Program-made: the position numbers and the translations under genes
Source: Nitrospirota bacterium
GTDB lineage: Bacteria; Nitrospirota; UBA9217
Length of the DNA stretch: 64,000 bases
Direction: 5' to 3'
NCBI GenBank assembly: GCA_963737155.1
Contig: CAVTRN010000002.1
Location: 2,016,001-2,080,000 of the forward strand
Notes under the pieces: generated by a model
Databases searched by the model: none
What the model was told of the DNA's origin: nothing
Seen by the model: the letters and a program-made list of their open reading frames with translations, nothing else
Shown: positions 52,980 to 63,281 of the stretch, piece by piece
Layout of the letters: every line of letters starts with the position of its first letter
Numbering within the stretch: position 1 is the stretch's first letter

Positions 52980-53402
52980 TCAAAACGGTATTTCAGCATC
53001 ACCTGCCGGTACTTCAAATTCAGGCACCTGCTTTAGATCTGTGCTGGTACCTGTAGCCGAACTATTACCGTCCCTTTTGGGCATGAAGTTGACACTTTCC
53101 GCCACAACGTCTATTTTGCTTCGTTTTTGGCCGGTTTCTTTATCTTCCCACCGCCGCTGTTGCAAACGACCATCTATCATGACAGAATCGCCTCTATGAA
53201 GATACTGTCCACAATTGGTGGCTTGTTTGCCGAAGACAACGATATCAATGAAACTCACCTCTTCCTTCGTCTCCTCTCCCTGTTTGTACTTCCGGTTTAC
53301 TGCCAAACCGAAGTTCGCTACAGTAACACCGCTCGGGGTGTTCTTTACTTCCGGATCGCGTGTCAGGTTCCCCAGCAGGATAACTTTATTGAAGCTTGCC
53401 AT
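52980..53402 (-). CDS. ssb: Single-stranded DNA-binding protein
   Basis: MASFNKVILLGNLTRDPE...GRLQQRRWE...acidic tail DAEIPF; GGAGG RBS before ATG 53402. Confidence 0.96.
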   Translation of the reverse strand: MASFNKVILLGNLTRDPEVKNTPSGVTVANFGLAVNRKYKQGEETKEEVSFIDIVVFGKQATNCGQYLHRGDSVMIDGRLQQRRWEDKETGQKRSKIDVVAESVNFMPKRDGNSSATGTSTDLKQVPEFEVPAGDAEIPF

Positions 53403-53452
53403 AGGTTGAATCCTCCAATCATATTTTGTAACATGATCTGATGGGATCAATT

Positions 53453-55109
53453 ACATTAGTAACTAAAGAATCAAAAGCTTCTCAAAATGGGTAGAACAAT
53501 TTGGTGAATATGCATTAAACATGCGCCAGTTGCGGGATTACAGACATATTTCGGATGGTCAATCCCGCAGCGATAACAGCCTTGCCGAGTTTTGAAACGT
53601 AGTACTTGTATGTTTTTCCGACTTTCCGAATAATGCCGTGGACGTGAAGCCGTTTCAGAATTCTCGTCATGGTACTGCTCGTCACGGATGGCAGCTGTTT
53701 TCGTAGAGATTTATTCTGAAGTCCGTTGATGTTGAACTCGCCGCGGGCGAGAACCTCGAACAGTTTGAGATCATCGTCGCTGAAGAGATTGAAGCCCTTG
53801 TAGGAACGGTCGCCTGTTTCCACGGTCTTTGAAATTTTATCAAGGTTATTGATTCCCGCGCTTTGGTCGTCGAACGTGGAGATGAACTCAAGATAACGGC
53901 GGTTCGAGGCCTTGAAGATCGCCGTAAGGTCAAACAGGCTGTAGATGTTCTTCTTCATGGGTGCGTTCTTGTGGACAGGATCTCCGATCCGCGACTGGAC
54001 TTCCCGATAGTGCTTGAACTCCGAGACGTCGTTGGTCGTGGTCTCAATCCGGAGGATGCTGCCGAACTTGTCGTACATCTTGATGGATGAAGCGCCCATA
54101 TGGTGCTTGATCCGTGTTCCCTGAATTCGGGTGTTGAAGTTGTTGCCCATTTCGCCTTGATAATTGCCGTGGAGCTTCCGACCCAGAAAGGTCGCGATAT
54201 TCTCCGGTTTCACGGAGTGAATGGCGGTTCGAACGATTTGCTCATACAACGTGTGCAGGTCCGATTGCTTCTTGAAAACGATGTCGGTGGCATATTCCAC
54301 CTGCATAGTGCTCCAGTGGTAGGTAAGTCCGTACCCGTTACCGACCGGGCAGTATTGTTTAGCGAATCTGTCCAGTGCATGGTGTAAGTCCGACACCTTG
54401 ATGCTGTCAGAAAGCTCCTGGGCTTTGGGAAAATTATCGATAGAGAGAAACGCGTTCTCCCGAAGAACATAGGGGATTTTCTTTTTTGCCAATTTCGCCG
54501 CCAGCCAGTTGTGGCCGTTCATATAGAACTGGAGCCGGAACGGTGCCCAGGTGGGAACGCGGAGGTAGCACAGGCCGAACGTCTTGTCGATGAAGTAGAA
54601 GTAATAGTGGAGACACTTTCCGGAATCATACTTGAGAAAGGTCTTGCCGGTGTTTTTGTCGTGCCAGGGTTTGTAGCTGGTGCAGGCTTCCATGGCCGAG
54701 AAGATATGAACAAGGCCGGGTTGCTCGCCACGCGCTTTGATGATTTCTTTGATCCGGGCCTCTTTACGGAACGCACCCAGCTTGCGGATGAACTCGATCT
54801 CAATGCTGTTCTCATTCGCGAGGCCCTCAGCGTTCTCCCGGACTTTTTCCTGAAGCGCTTTGGCGAACTGGGCATAATCGAAAATCTTGATCTGTCGGGC
54901 ATAGAGGAATGCCGTCATCCCCTTATCGAAGCACCAGCCGGGCAGCGTGCCCTGCATGATCATGCGGTCATAGCAGGATAGTGAACCGGCTATTTTATCT
55001 TGGTAGCGTTCAGGAATCATCATAGCAACCTCCATGACTACAATGAGTAGAGCCTTCATTGTATCATGGTTTTTATAAAACCTCTTGGTTCCGGCTTGTC
55101 CGGGTTAGG
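53453..55109 (-). mobile_element. Unclassified IS-like element, copy 2 (inverted)
   Basis: Reverse complement of 43906-45562. Confidence 0.92.
53515..55059 (-). CDS. Putative transposase with Rep_trans-like motifs, identical to 43956-45500
   Basis: Identical 514-aa translation in the ORF track. Confidence 0.75.
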   Translation of the reverse strand: MKALLIVVMEVAMMIPERYQDKIAGSLSCYDRMIMQGTLPGWCFDKGMTAFLYARQIKIFDYAQFAKALQEKVRENAEGLANENSIEIEFIRKLGAFRKEARIKEIIKARGEQPGLVHIFSAMEACTSYKPWHDKNTGKTFLKYDSGKCLHYYFYFIDKTFGLCYLRVPTWAPFRLQFYMNGHNWLAAKLAKKKIPYVLRENAFLSIDNFPKAQELSDSIKVSDLHHALDRFAKQYCPVGNGYGLTYHWSTMQVEYATDIVFKKQSDLHTLYEQIVRTAIHSVKPENIATFLGRKLHGNYQGEMGNNFNTRIQGTRIKHHMGASSIKMYDKFGSILRIETTTNDVSEFKHYREVQSRIGDPVHKNAPMKKNIYSLFDLTAIFKASNRRYLEFISTFDDQSAGINNLDKISKTVETGDRSYKGFNLFSDDDLKLFEVLARGEFNINGLQNKSLRKQLPSVTSSTMTRILKRLHVHGIIRKVGKTYKYYVSKLGKAVIAAGLTIRNMSVIPQLAHV

Positions 55110-55113
55110 GCTA

Positions 55114-55140
55114 TTATACAAGAATGTCCATCATTTGCAA
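55114..55140 (-). promoter_or_regulatory. Candidate sigma70 promoter, originally for ssb
   Basis: Minus strand TTGCAA-16 bp-TATAAT, ending a few bp before the element junction (left coordinate approximate). Confidence 0.5.
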
Positions 55141-55160
55141 TCCACTATTTTAATTGGGTA

Positions 55161-55195
55161 TCAGGATTTTGCGGTTGATGGCCGCAAAATCCTGA
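55161..55195. repeat. Perfect 14-bp stem hairpin
   Basis: TCAGGATTTTGCGG-ttgatgg-CCGCAAAATCCTGA; no U-tract; downstream of the larA operon. Confidence 0.7.
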
Positions 55196-55477
55196 CGTGA
55201 TCGACTTCTCTGTAACTGATTGATTTTTAGATGTTGCGACCTTTGACATATCCGCTGCGAATACGTATACTGCACGTATAAAGGAGGGGATTTAAATGCA
55301 ATAAAAGCTGACTATAACTATAGACGAGAACTTTGTGGAGCGGCGAAAAGAAGAAGATGTGTTATGCTCGATGTATGTTTCTATTGTTTGATAAGAGTCA
55401 ACTGCCAGAAGTAATTTATTGAAAATCTCTCTCATGATAATCCTGGGGCTGTCTCCTGCCATTATCATGAATTCCAC

Positions 55478-56783
55478 TTAGAACCCAGGCATAAACAGCG
55501 GAACCACATAAGGCCCTTCAGGGATAACGGCCACACGGCGATCACCCTTTGCCTTCACGCTCTCTGTGACAGCAGCCAAGGGTGATTCTATCATGGTGAC
55601 TCCTGTAAGTGTCTGCTCGTCTTCCGACAACCCCTCCGTGTAGAGAAAAATATTGACCCTTTTCATGGCCTTGACCTGCATCTCAGTCTGCCATTCATCG
55701 ATAGCTGCGTACTTTTTATCGATGATGCCATGAAGAAACCGATCGGGTCCTGTGTCTGTCAGGCACATTTGCGCTTCAGCATAGTCGGGCGATCCCATCC
55801 CTTCTGAACATGCAGACACAATGATGAGGTTCGCCGGTCGGCTCCAGTATGTCGAGGGCACCCACCATTCCCTTGACTGTCTGGTAATAAGTTTTATCCA
55901 GTGGGTAACCCGCAGAACTTGTCACGACGGTCCTGAATCTTGTTTCAAGACCGATCTCCACATAGGGCCGCACAAACGAAACCGCTTCAAGGTGACTCTC
56001 GATCGATTTCTCCGAAATTGACAAAGGATATATGACGGTCTCTCATCGATGACTGTATTGACAGCCAGGCACTTTCCCACCATTTGCACTATCTCGATCT
56101 GGGCAGCGTGGAGCGGGTTGCCCTCGATAACACAGTTTGCAGACTTGCAATCCTCCAGTACCCGCGCACTGTGTAACGAGCGTATAGTCTTTTCATGTGC
56201 AATGCCCGGGGCGACAATTTTTCTTCCTCCGGAGTAGCCTGCCATGAAGTGGGGCTCCACCAACCCCACGACAATGCGGAGGTCGGCCTGGATAAAGCGG
56301 CGGTCGATCCATGGCCTCTATGCCGTTTGATGTAGTTCCTATGTATTTATGATCATCATCCTGCCGCGCAAAATGGTTGACGACTGTCACCGTGTCGAGG
56401 ACCCAGTCGCTTCCGACCAGTTCTCGAAGCTCATCCCCTTCATTCGGCCTGTGAAGACCTGTTGCAACGAGAACAGTGATCGAATCGGGGGACATCCCAG
56501 CCTTGATCAGCTCTTTTATCAGTTCGGGGAGAATAAGGCCGTTGGGTACAGGCCGGGTGATATCGCAGATGAGGATGCAGCAACTGCGGCAGCCCTTCAC
56601 CTCTTCACGGAGCGTTTTGCAGTTCACCGGACTTGTAAAGACAGCCTTTATAGCTCCCTCAGGGTCTTTGAGGACAGGCATGACTTTCTTTTGAATCAGC
56701 GTTACATCGATATCCTCCGGTAAATCAAGAGACAGTCCGGTTTTGCCATACTTCATATTAATATTCATCTTCCGGTCCTCCAT
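55478..56783 (-). pseudogene. larA: LarA-family nickel-pincer alpha-hydroxyacid racemase/epimerase, several +1 frameshifts (possibly sequencing errors)
   Basis: ICDITRPVPN, VATGLHRP, GLVEPHFMAGYSGGRK, SAGYPLDKTYYQTVKG, DEWQTEM, VIPEGPY across four ORFs. Confidence 0.88.
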
Positions 56784-57490
56784 TCACATGCCAAGGTACG
56801 CCTCTCTGACATGATCGCTCTTCAGCAATTCCTGCCCTTTTCCCTCCATGACAATGCGGCCTGTTTGGAGAACGTAGGCACGGGCAGAAATATCGAGAGC
56901 TTCATAGACATTCTGTTCAACAAGCAAAACAGTGACGCCCCGGGCATTGATCTCCCTGACAATATTGAAAATGTCTGATACCAGTTTTGGCCACAGTCCC
57001 AGCGAAGGCTCGTCCAGTATGAGCAGCGAAGGGTTGGACATGAGTCCCCGTGCAATGGCCAGTTGCTGCTGCTCTCCGCCGCTGAATGTATCGGAGCGCT
57101 GCTGCTGCCGTTCCTTTAATATGGGAAACAGATTGAAGACGCTTTGCAGATTATTTTCGACGTCAACCTTAGAGCGGATGGTATAGGCTCCTAACAGGAG
57201 ATTGTCCAGAACAGACAGACGGCCAAAAAGTTTCCTGCCCTCAGGGACCATGGATATGCCCCTTTGTTACGATATCAAAAGGCTGGGCCTGATGAATAGG
57301 GGTATTCTTGAACAGAATTTCCCCTTTCCAGGGATGAATAAGGCCCGCAATGGTCTTGACTATGGTGGATTTTCCGGCGCCGTTGGAACCGATAAGGCTG
57401 ACTATCTCTCCTTCGTTGATCCTGAAAGAAATGTCCTGAACAGCCAGGAGTCCTTTGTAGCCCACGGAAATATTATTTAAGAGTGAGCAC
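56784..57490 (-). pseudogene. livF: Liv-type ABC ATPase (LivF-like), frameshifted
   Basis: GSNGAGKST, VPEGRKLF, FSGGEQQQLAIARGLM, LDEPSLGL, VEQN. Confidence 0.85.
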
Positions 57491-58215
57491 CGTACTTTTC
57501 CCCCAGATATGCTTGAATAACGTCACGGTCCGAGCTCACTTCTTTCGGTGTGCCTTCCATGATTTTTTTGCCGCTGTTTAGGACAATGACACGGTCAGAT
57601 ATCTGCATGACGGCCTCCATCACGTGCTCGACTATGATCAGGGTCATTCCTTCGCTCCTGATTTTCCTAATGAGATCAATAATCTCCCGCAACTCGACTT
57701 TAGTGAGTCCGGCCATGGATTCGTCCAGCATGAGCAATCGCGGCTGCGTGGCCAGCGCCATGGAGACCTCGAGCCTCTTTTTATCGGCAATTGTCAGCTC
57801 CGTCCCAAGGAAATCCCTTTTCTCATAAAGACCTGTGAAAACAAGTATCTCACCAGCCTTTTCCATGGCCGGTTTGATCCGGCGATAACGCAACAGCCCA
57901 GCCGTAGCAACGTTTTCGAGGACCGTCATTTCGCTTATCACCTCTACAATCTGGAAGGTGCGCGCGATACCAAGATTGCAGACCCTGTCGGACCGCATTC
58001 GTGTTATGTCCTTGCCGATAGAAGAAGACGTTGCCGCCGTCCGGTTTATAGAATCCGGTCACGCAATTGAACAGGGTGGATTTCCCAGCACCGTTGGGAC
58101 CAATAACGCTGACGATTTCCCCTTCCTCAACAGAGAAGTGGATATCGTTGTTTGCAGCCAGGCCGCCGAACCGCTTCGACAATCCCGCGACTTTCAAACA
58201 GATCGCTTTGTTCAT
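57477..58215 (-). pseudogene. livG: Liv-type ABC ATPase (LivG-like), one frameshift
   Basis: KRFGGLAAN, GPNGAGKST, GIARTFQ, MLDESMAGL, VEHVM. Confidence 0.85.
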
Positions 58216-59178
58216 TTCAGTTTCCTACCTATCCTGGCAAAAAGCTTCCAGACTCCTTCAGGATAGTACATGGAAATGAGCGTGATCAATAACCCGTATA
58301 TTAGCATGTCCATGCCTGTTCCCTTGTAGCCGAGAGTGACACGCGTGTATTCAGAAGCAGGTATTAGTATAGCTGCACCAATCACGGGCCCCATTATACT
58401 CCCCGCTCCTCCGAGCATCGCGATAAGAACAATCTGAATAGATGTAGCAAGAAGCATGACGCTCCCGGGATCGATATAAAGAATGTATTGCGCGTAAAAT
58501 GTTCCTGCCATGGCGCTCAGGAAGGCGCTAATCATAATAGCCATGAGACGGTACAGGACGACATCAACACCCAGGGACTACCGCAATTTTATGGCTCTGC
58601 TTGATCGCGCGGAAATAGTAGCCCATTTTAGAGGTAGCTACGAAATAAGAAACAGCAAGAGAAACCAGTAGAAAGACAAGCATGATATAGTAATAAGGCA
58701 GTTTTGAAGAATTGAACAGGAAGTTGGCGAAGGACTCGTGCTTCATGGGCAATGTGAGGCCTTCTGCCGCCCCCACCATTTTCCAGTTGTTAAAGACAAT
58801 CCTCACGATTTCAGCAAATGCGATACTGGCTATTGCAAAATAGTGGCCTCTCAGGTTGGAACATGGATACCCGATAGCTGAGGCCACCAGTGCAGAAGCG
58901 CAGCCCCCTGCGACAAGTCCTATCCAAGGGTTGACCCCATAGGTGATAGACAAATAGGAAGAAGTATAAGCGCCGATGCCGAAAAAGGCCGCTTGCCCGA
59001 AAGAAAACATACCGGCATAGCCGCCCATGATGTTCCACGCAACTCCCAGCATGCCGAACATAAACACGAGGATCATTACATGAATATGAAAAGACTGGTG
59101 AACAACCAGGGGAAAGGCAATGAGCAGCGAGAGGATAGCAAATCCCGCAATAACCTGCCGACCCGTGAAATTACGCAT
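58212..59178 (-). pseudogene. livM: Liv-type ABC permease (LivM-like), one frameshift
   Basis: WNIMGGYAGMFSFGQAAFFGIGAY, LRGHYFAIASIAFAE, LGGAGSIMGPVIGA. Confidence 0.85.
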
Positions 59179-59181
59179 GCG

Positions 59182-60042
59182 TTACCACCCCAGGAGACCC
59201 TGCGGTCGTATCCAGATTGTTATGAGATATATCATGAAGACAATGGCATATTTGTAAGACGGATCAAAGAAGAACCCGCCTAATGTCTGCGCCAACCCTA
59301 CCAGTATTCCAGCAATAAATGCCCCCTCAATGCTGCCGAATCCGCCTAGGGCTACAACACAAAAAGCGATAGTCCCGAACAGACCTCCCACCTGGGGATA
59401 GATGTAGTAATAAGTTGATAAGAAGGCCCCCGCCACTCCGACGAGGGCTGCACCTATTCCAAAAGAAATCGAGTTGATACGTTCGGTATTGATCCCCATG
59501 AGCAGAGCCGCCTCACGATCCATCTCAGTCGCCAATATAGCCTTGCCGGTTTTCGTCCTTTTGAGGAAAAAAATCATGCAGGCAGACGCAATTACGCTCC
59601 CGACGGAAGCCGCAACTTTGGGAACACTGAGTTCGACACCGCCGATTTGCCACGTACCCTGGAGTATTGTGGCCGGCAAAAGCCGGAAATCTGGGGTCCA
59701 GAAATAAACGGCAAGATTGGAGATAAAGATACTCACTCCGAAGGTCACTACCAACTGGGCCAGAATGGGACCCTTCATGACCTTGCTCACAATTAAGCGG
59801 TAGATAAGCATGCCTAAGAAAAACATGCAGACAAAACATATTGGAATCGAAAAGATGGGATCAATGCCATACAGGGTAAAGAGCCAAAAGGAGGTGAACA
59901 TGCCCAGCATGAGAAATTCGCCGTGGGCGAAATTCACGATGTTCATGACACCCCAAATAAGCGTCAACCCGATGGCGACCAATGAATACATAAGGCCGAT
60001 TAATAAACCATCGGCAAGCTGCTGAAGTAACTGATCAGGCAT
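59182..60042 (-). CDS. livH: Liv-type ABC permease (LivH-like)
   Basis: YSLVAIGLTLIWGVMNIVNFAHGEF, VALGGFGSIEGA, RPQGLLG. Confidence 0.92.
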   Translation of the reverse strand: MPDQLLQQLADGLLIGLMYSLVAIGLTLIWGVMNIVNFAHGEFLMLGMFTSFWLFTLYGIDPIFSIPICFVCMFFLGMLIYRLIVSKVMKGPILAQLVVTFGVSIFISNLAVYFWTPDFRLLPATILQGTWQIGGVELSVPKVAASVGSVIASACMIFFLKRTKTGKAILATEMDREAALLMGINTERINSISFGIGAALVGVAGAFLSTYYYIYPQVGGLFGTIAFCVVALGGFGSIEGAFIAGILVGLAQTLGGFFFDPSYKYAIVFMIYLITIWIRPQGLLGW

Positions 60043-61333
60043 GGATCAATCCCCCCGCTACTTTCTTTCGTTCCATGCCGGGAATGGCCAGACTAACTGG
60101 CTTCGAAGCCGATTCAAAAGGCCAGATTGTTACATAATCCTGATTTTGTATCTGAACAAGCATTCCTCTCGCGTAGATATTCTGGTTTGTTTGCGGGTCG
60201 AACTTGATTCCCTTCCATGGATAGATAGTCTGGTTGCCGGGTATGTCAGTCTCATGAAGAGCTTTCAAAATAGCTTCCGGATCTGTGGACTTCGCCCGGT
60301 TGATAGCCTCGGCGAGAACAAATGGAGCCATGAAGCTCCGGGCGGCGTTTTCACTCATGTCTATGCCGTATTTTTTTCTGAAAAGGGCGTTGACCTTGGC
60401 CACGAGTGGTTTATTCTTGGCAAGATCGAGTGCAAAGGTCGACCGGACAATTATGTAGTTGCCATCAGCTTTTACCGATGGCAGGTAGCCCGGTTCAATA
60501 TAACCCGCCATAGTCATAATCCCTTTAGGTTGGAAGCCCATTTCCTTGAAAGTCTTGGTAAAGAGAATGGCGTCTGTGATATACGACGCATGCATCAGTA
60601 CGTCCGGTTTGCTAACGATAAGCTTGCCCACCTCGCTGGTTACGTCTGTCGCGTTGGCCGTGTATGATATATCGGCAACCACCTTATAACCAAAATCAGC
60701 GGCATATTTTTTGTAAGCCTTACCGGCATTAGAACCGAATTCCGTATTTTCGTAAAGCACAGCGACGGTATGAACAGTCTGTCCAGTCTTCTTTTCTAGA
60801 TCCTTCAGGAACTGGAACTGGTCCCGGGCAAAAATATCGTCGTGAGGGCTAACTCTGAAAAAGTATTTGAATCCTCTTTCCGTCAGTGTGGGAGAAGAAG
60901 AATCAGAGCATACATATGGAATCCCCAACCTTTCAGTCATCTGACTTGCGGTTTTCGTCACAGCACTCTGGTAGGCCCCGATCATGGCAACTACCTTTTC
61001 CGAGGTAATCAGCCTTTCAGCCTCGGACATTCCGTTTTTCGGGTCTCCCGCAGTATCGGCATATACAATCTCGATTTTTGCTCCCCCCAGGTTCGGCAGC
61101 CCTGCACTCCTCGCCAAAGGCAGATCAAGATCGTATATCCCGTTAATAATATCCACCGCCAGATCGACGCCCCTCTTGCAATCCAGACCAGTTGAGGCGA
61201 TATTGCCAGTCAGAGGATAGACTGCGCCGATTTTGATGACATTCTGCTGTGCTTGCGCGGAAATAGAAAGCACCAAAACCAGCAACAACGATAATGCAAC
61301 AGATAAAACTCTGATCCAATTTTTCGATTCCAT
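60035..61333 (-). CDS. Liv-type ABC substrate-binding protein (last residues probably frameshifted; alternative frame VWPFPAWNERK*)
   Basis: Signal peptide, IKIGAVYPLTG, AERLITSEKV, GAYQSAVT, LTERGFKYFFR. Confidence 0.92.
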   Translation of the reverse strand: MESKNWIRVLSVALSLLLVLVLSISAQAQQNVIKIGAVYPLTGNIASTGLDCKRGVDLAVDIINGIYDLDLPLARSAGLPNLGGAKIEIVYADTAGDPKNGMSEAERLITSEKVVAMIGAYQSAVTKTASQMTERLGIPYVCSDSSSPTLTERGFKYFFRVSPHDDIFARDQFQFLKDLEKKTGQTVHTVAVLYENTEFGSNAGKAYKKYAADFGYKVVADISYTANATDVTSEVGKLIVSKPDVLMHASYITDAILFTKTFKEMGFQPKGIMTMAGYIEPGYLPSVKADGNYIIVRSTFALDLAKNKPLVAKVNALFRKKYGIDMSENAARSFMAPFVLAEAINRAKSTDPEAILKALHETDIPGNQTIYPWKGIKFDPQTNQNIYARGMLVQIQNQDYVTIWPFESASKPVSLAIPGMERKKVAGGLIHA

Positions 61334-61538
61334 TACGTTTTCCCTCCTCCTATTTTTTTATGTTTCCAAACTTAGTAAGTTTCACAGGACTTTGGCAGAA
61401 ACAATTCGACAATCTCTGGCAGCGAAGTTGAAAGTTCTCCAAATATCGCAATGCGCTTCATCAATTAAAAATAGTCATATAAATGTGTTAAATTCCCTGG
61501 CGGCATTCTCTGTCGGACAACCTCGCTTCCGCTTGATA

Positions 61539-62423
61539 TTACCGTTTTACCTCAATGCCAGCCATTTTTTCATAGTAGCGGACCAAGCTTCCATGATCCG
61601 CATCACCCAGGCCGTCGACTTTAAGAGCCTGCATGATTTCCATTACGGAAGCAGTAAGCTGCAATGGCACTCCTATCGAGTGCGAGGTCTCAAGGACGTT
61701 AGTGAGATCTTTAATATGCAGGTCAATCCGAAACCCCGGATTGAACTTCCGGTCCATTATAAGAGGTGCTTTGGCATCCAGCACAGCGCTGCCGGCAAGT
61801 CCGCCGCGAATGGCCTGATAGACAAGGTTCGGGTCCACACCAGCTTTAGCGGCCAGCACTAGGGCCTCAGAAATTGCGGCGATATTGAGTGCAACTATGA
61901 CCTGGTTCGCTAGTTTTGCGACATTGCCGGCTCCCGCACTTCCGACAAGCACAACGGAACTTGCCATGGCTTTCATGACAGGGCAGCACTTATCGAAAAT
62001 CTCTTTTTTGCCGCCCACCATCACAGAAAGAGTGCCGTCGATTGCCTTAGGCTCTCCGCCGCTCACAGGCGCATCGAGCATTTCTATGCCTTTCTCATCC
62101 AATCTGGCAGCTATTTCACGGCTCACCAGCGGAGCAATAGAGCTCATATCTATGACAACGGAGCCTTTGGCCGCGCCTTCGATAACACCATTTTTTCCCA
62201 AAACCACTTCCCTGACGTGGGGAGAATTGGGCAGCATCGTGATGACGATCTCCGCTTGCTCCGCCACTTCCCTGGGATTCGCCGCAGCGTCCGCCCCAGC
62301 AACGGAAAGTTCATTCACCGCACCCCTGCTTCTATTGAAGACAACAAGCTGATAGCCGGCTTTCAGCAAATTCCTGCTCATGGGTTTCCCCATTATTCCA
62401 AGACCTATAAAACCGATTTTCAT
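61539..62423 (-). CDS. garR: 2-hydroxy-3-oxopropionate (tartronate semialdehyde) reductase
   Basis: MKIGFIGLGIMGKPMSRNLLKAG, ITMLPNSPHV, DAPVSGGEPKAIDGTLSVMVGG, PGFRIDLHIKDL. Confidence 0.92.
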   Translation of the reverse strand: MKIGFIGLGIMGKPMSRNLLKAGYQLVVFNRSRGAVNELSVAGADAAANPREVAEQAEIVITMLPNSPHVREVVLGKNGVIEGAAKGSVVIDMSSIAPLVSREIAARLDEKGIEMLDAPVSGGEPKAIDGTLSVMVGGKKEIFDKCCPVMKAMASSVVLVGSAGAGNVAKLANQVIVALNIAAISEALVLAAKAGVDPNLVYQAIRGGLAGSAVLDAKAPLIMDRKFNPGFRIDLHIKDLTNVLETSHSIGVPLQLTASVMEIMQALKVDGLGDADHGSLVRYYEKMAGIEVKR

Positions 62424-62495
62424 CTGTTTGTCCGCGTCTTCCTTTTGTTATTTATGATTGATTAACACAGATTAAAACATCAGTCACGTTCCAAG

Positions 62496-63281
62496 TTAGA
62501 GTTTGTAGCCAAATTCCGTTATCCAGGCAAGAGAAGACTTGCTGTCAGGAATAGGCACATACTCAAGGCCGACGTATCCCCGGTATCCTGATGCATCGAT
62601 TTCTTTAAAAATAAACGGGAAGTTGATTTCACCAGTACCAGGCTGATGTCGCCCGGGATTATCGGCTATCTGGATATGGCCGATTTTATCAATATGTTTG
62701 CGTAATGTGGCTGCCAGGTCACCTTCTTCTCTTTGAGCGTGGTAGACATCATACTGCAAAAAAACATTCTGCATCCCAACGTCGTCAATAAGTTTAAGCG
62801 CCTGCTCAGTTCGGTTAAGAAAAAACCCATGAATATCGAAATGGTTAATCGGTTCAACCATCAGACGCAAACCCTTTTCTTGCAACACTGTTGCTGCATA
62901 ACGCACATTACCGACCAGGGTTGACCATTGTTTGTCTTCATCATAGCCACTTATTCTCTTACCGGACATACAATTCAACCTGCCGACCCCTAGTGCAAGT
63001 GCATACTCCACAGCTTTTGCAACTCCGGCACGAAATTCTTCGATTCGTTCGGGATTTGCCGCAATTCCCCGCTCACCTTCCTCCCACTTGCCGGCGGGGA
63101 GATTAAACAAAACTTGTGTTAACCGGTTTTGTCCTAGCTGAGCTTTCAGTTCAACCGCGTTGAATTCATAAGGGAATAAATATTCGATGGCTGAAAAACC
63201 TGCCTCCCTTGCGGATACAAAGCGCTCCATAAATGGCACTTCAGTAAAGAGCATTGTCAAATTTGCTGCAAACTTCGGCAT
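62496..63281 (-). CDS. hyi: Hydroxypyruvate isomerase
   Basis: MPKFAANLTMLFTE, EYLFPY, LFNLPAG.W..GERG, QYDVYH, HIQIADNPGRHQPGTGEIN. Confidence 0.93.
   Translation of the reverse strand: MPKFAANLTMLFTEVPFMERFVSAREAGFSAIEYLFPYEFNAVELKAQLGQNRLTQVLFNLPAGKWEEGERGIAANPERIEEFRAGVAKAVEYALALGVGRLNCMSGKRISGYDEDKQWSTLVGNVRYAATVLQEKGLRLMVEPINHFDIHGFFLNRTEQALKLIDDVGMQNVFLQYDVYHAQREEGDLAATLRKHIDKIGHIQIADNPGRHQPGTGEINFPFIFKEIDASGYRGYVGLEYVPIPDSKSSLAWITEFGYKL

Noticed and set aside
61233-61862. 209-aa plus-strand ORF and similar long antisense ORFs over xfp, glgX, glgP and the RND genes
   Set aside because: Antisense shadows of well-supported minus-strand genes.
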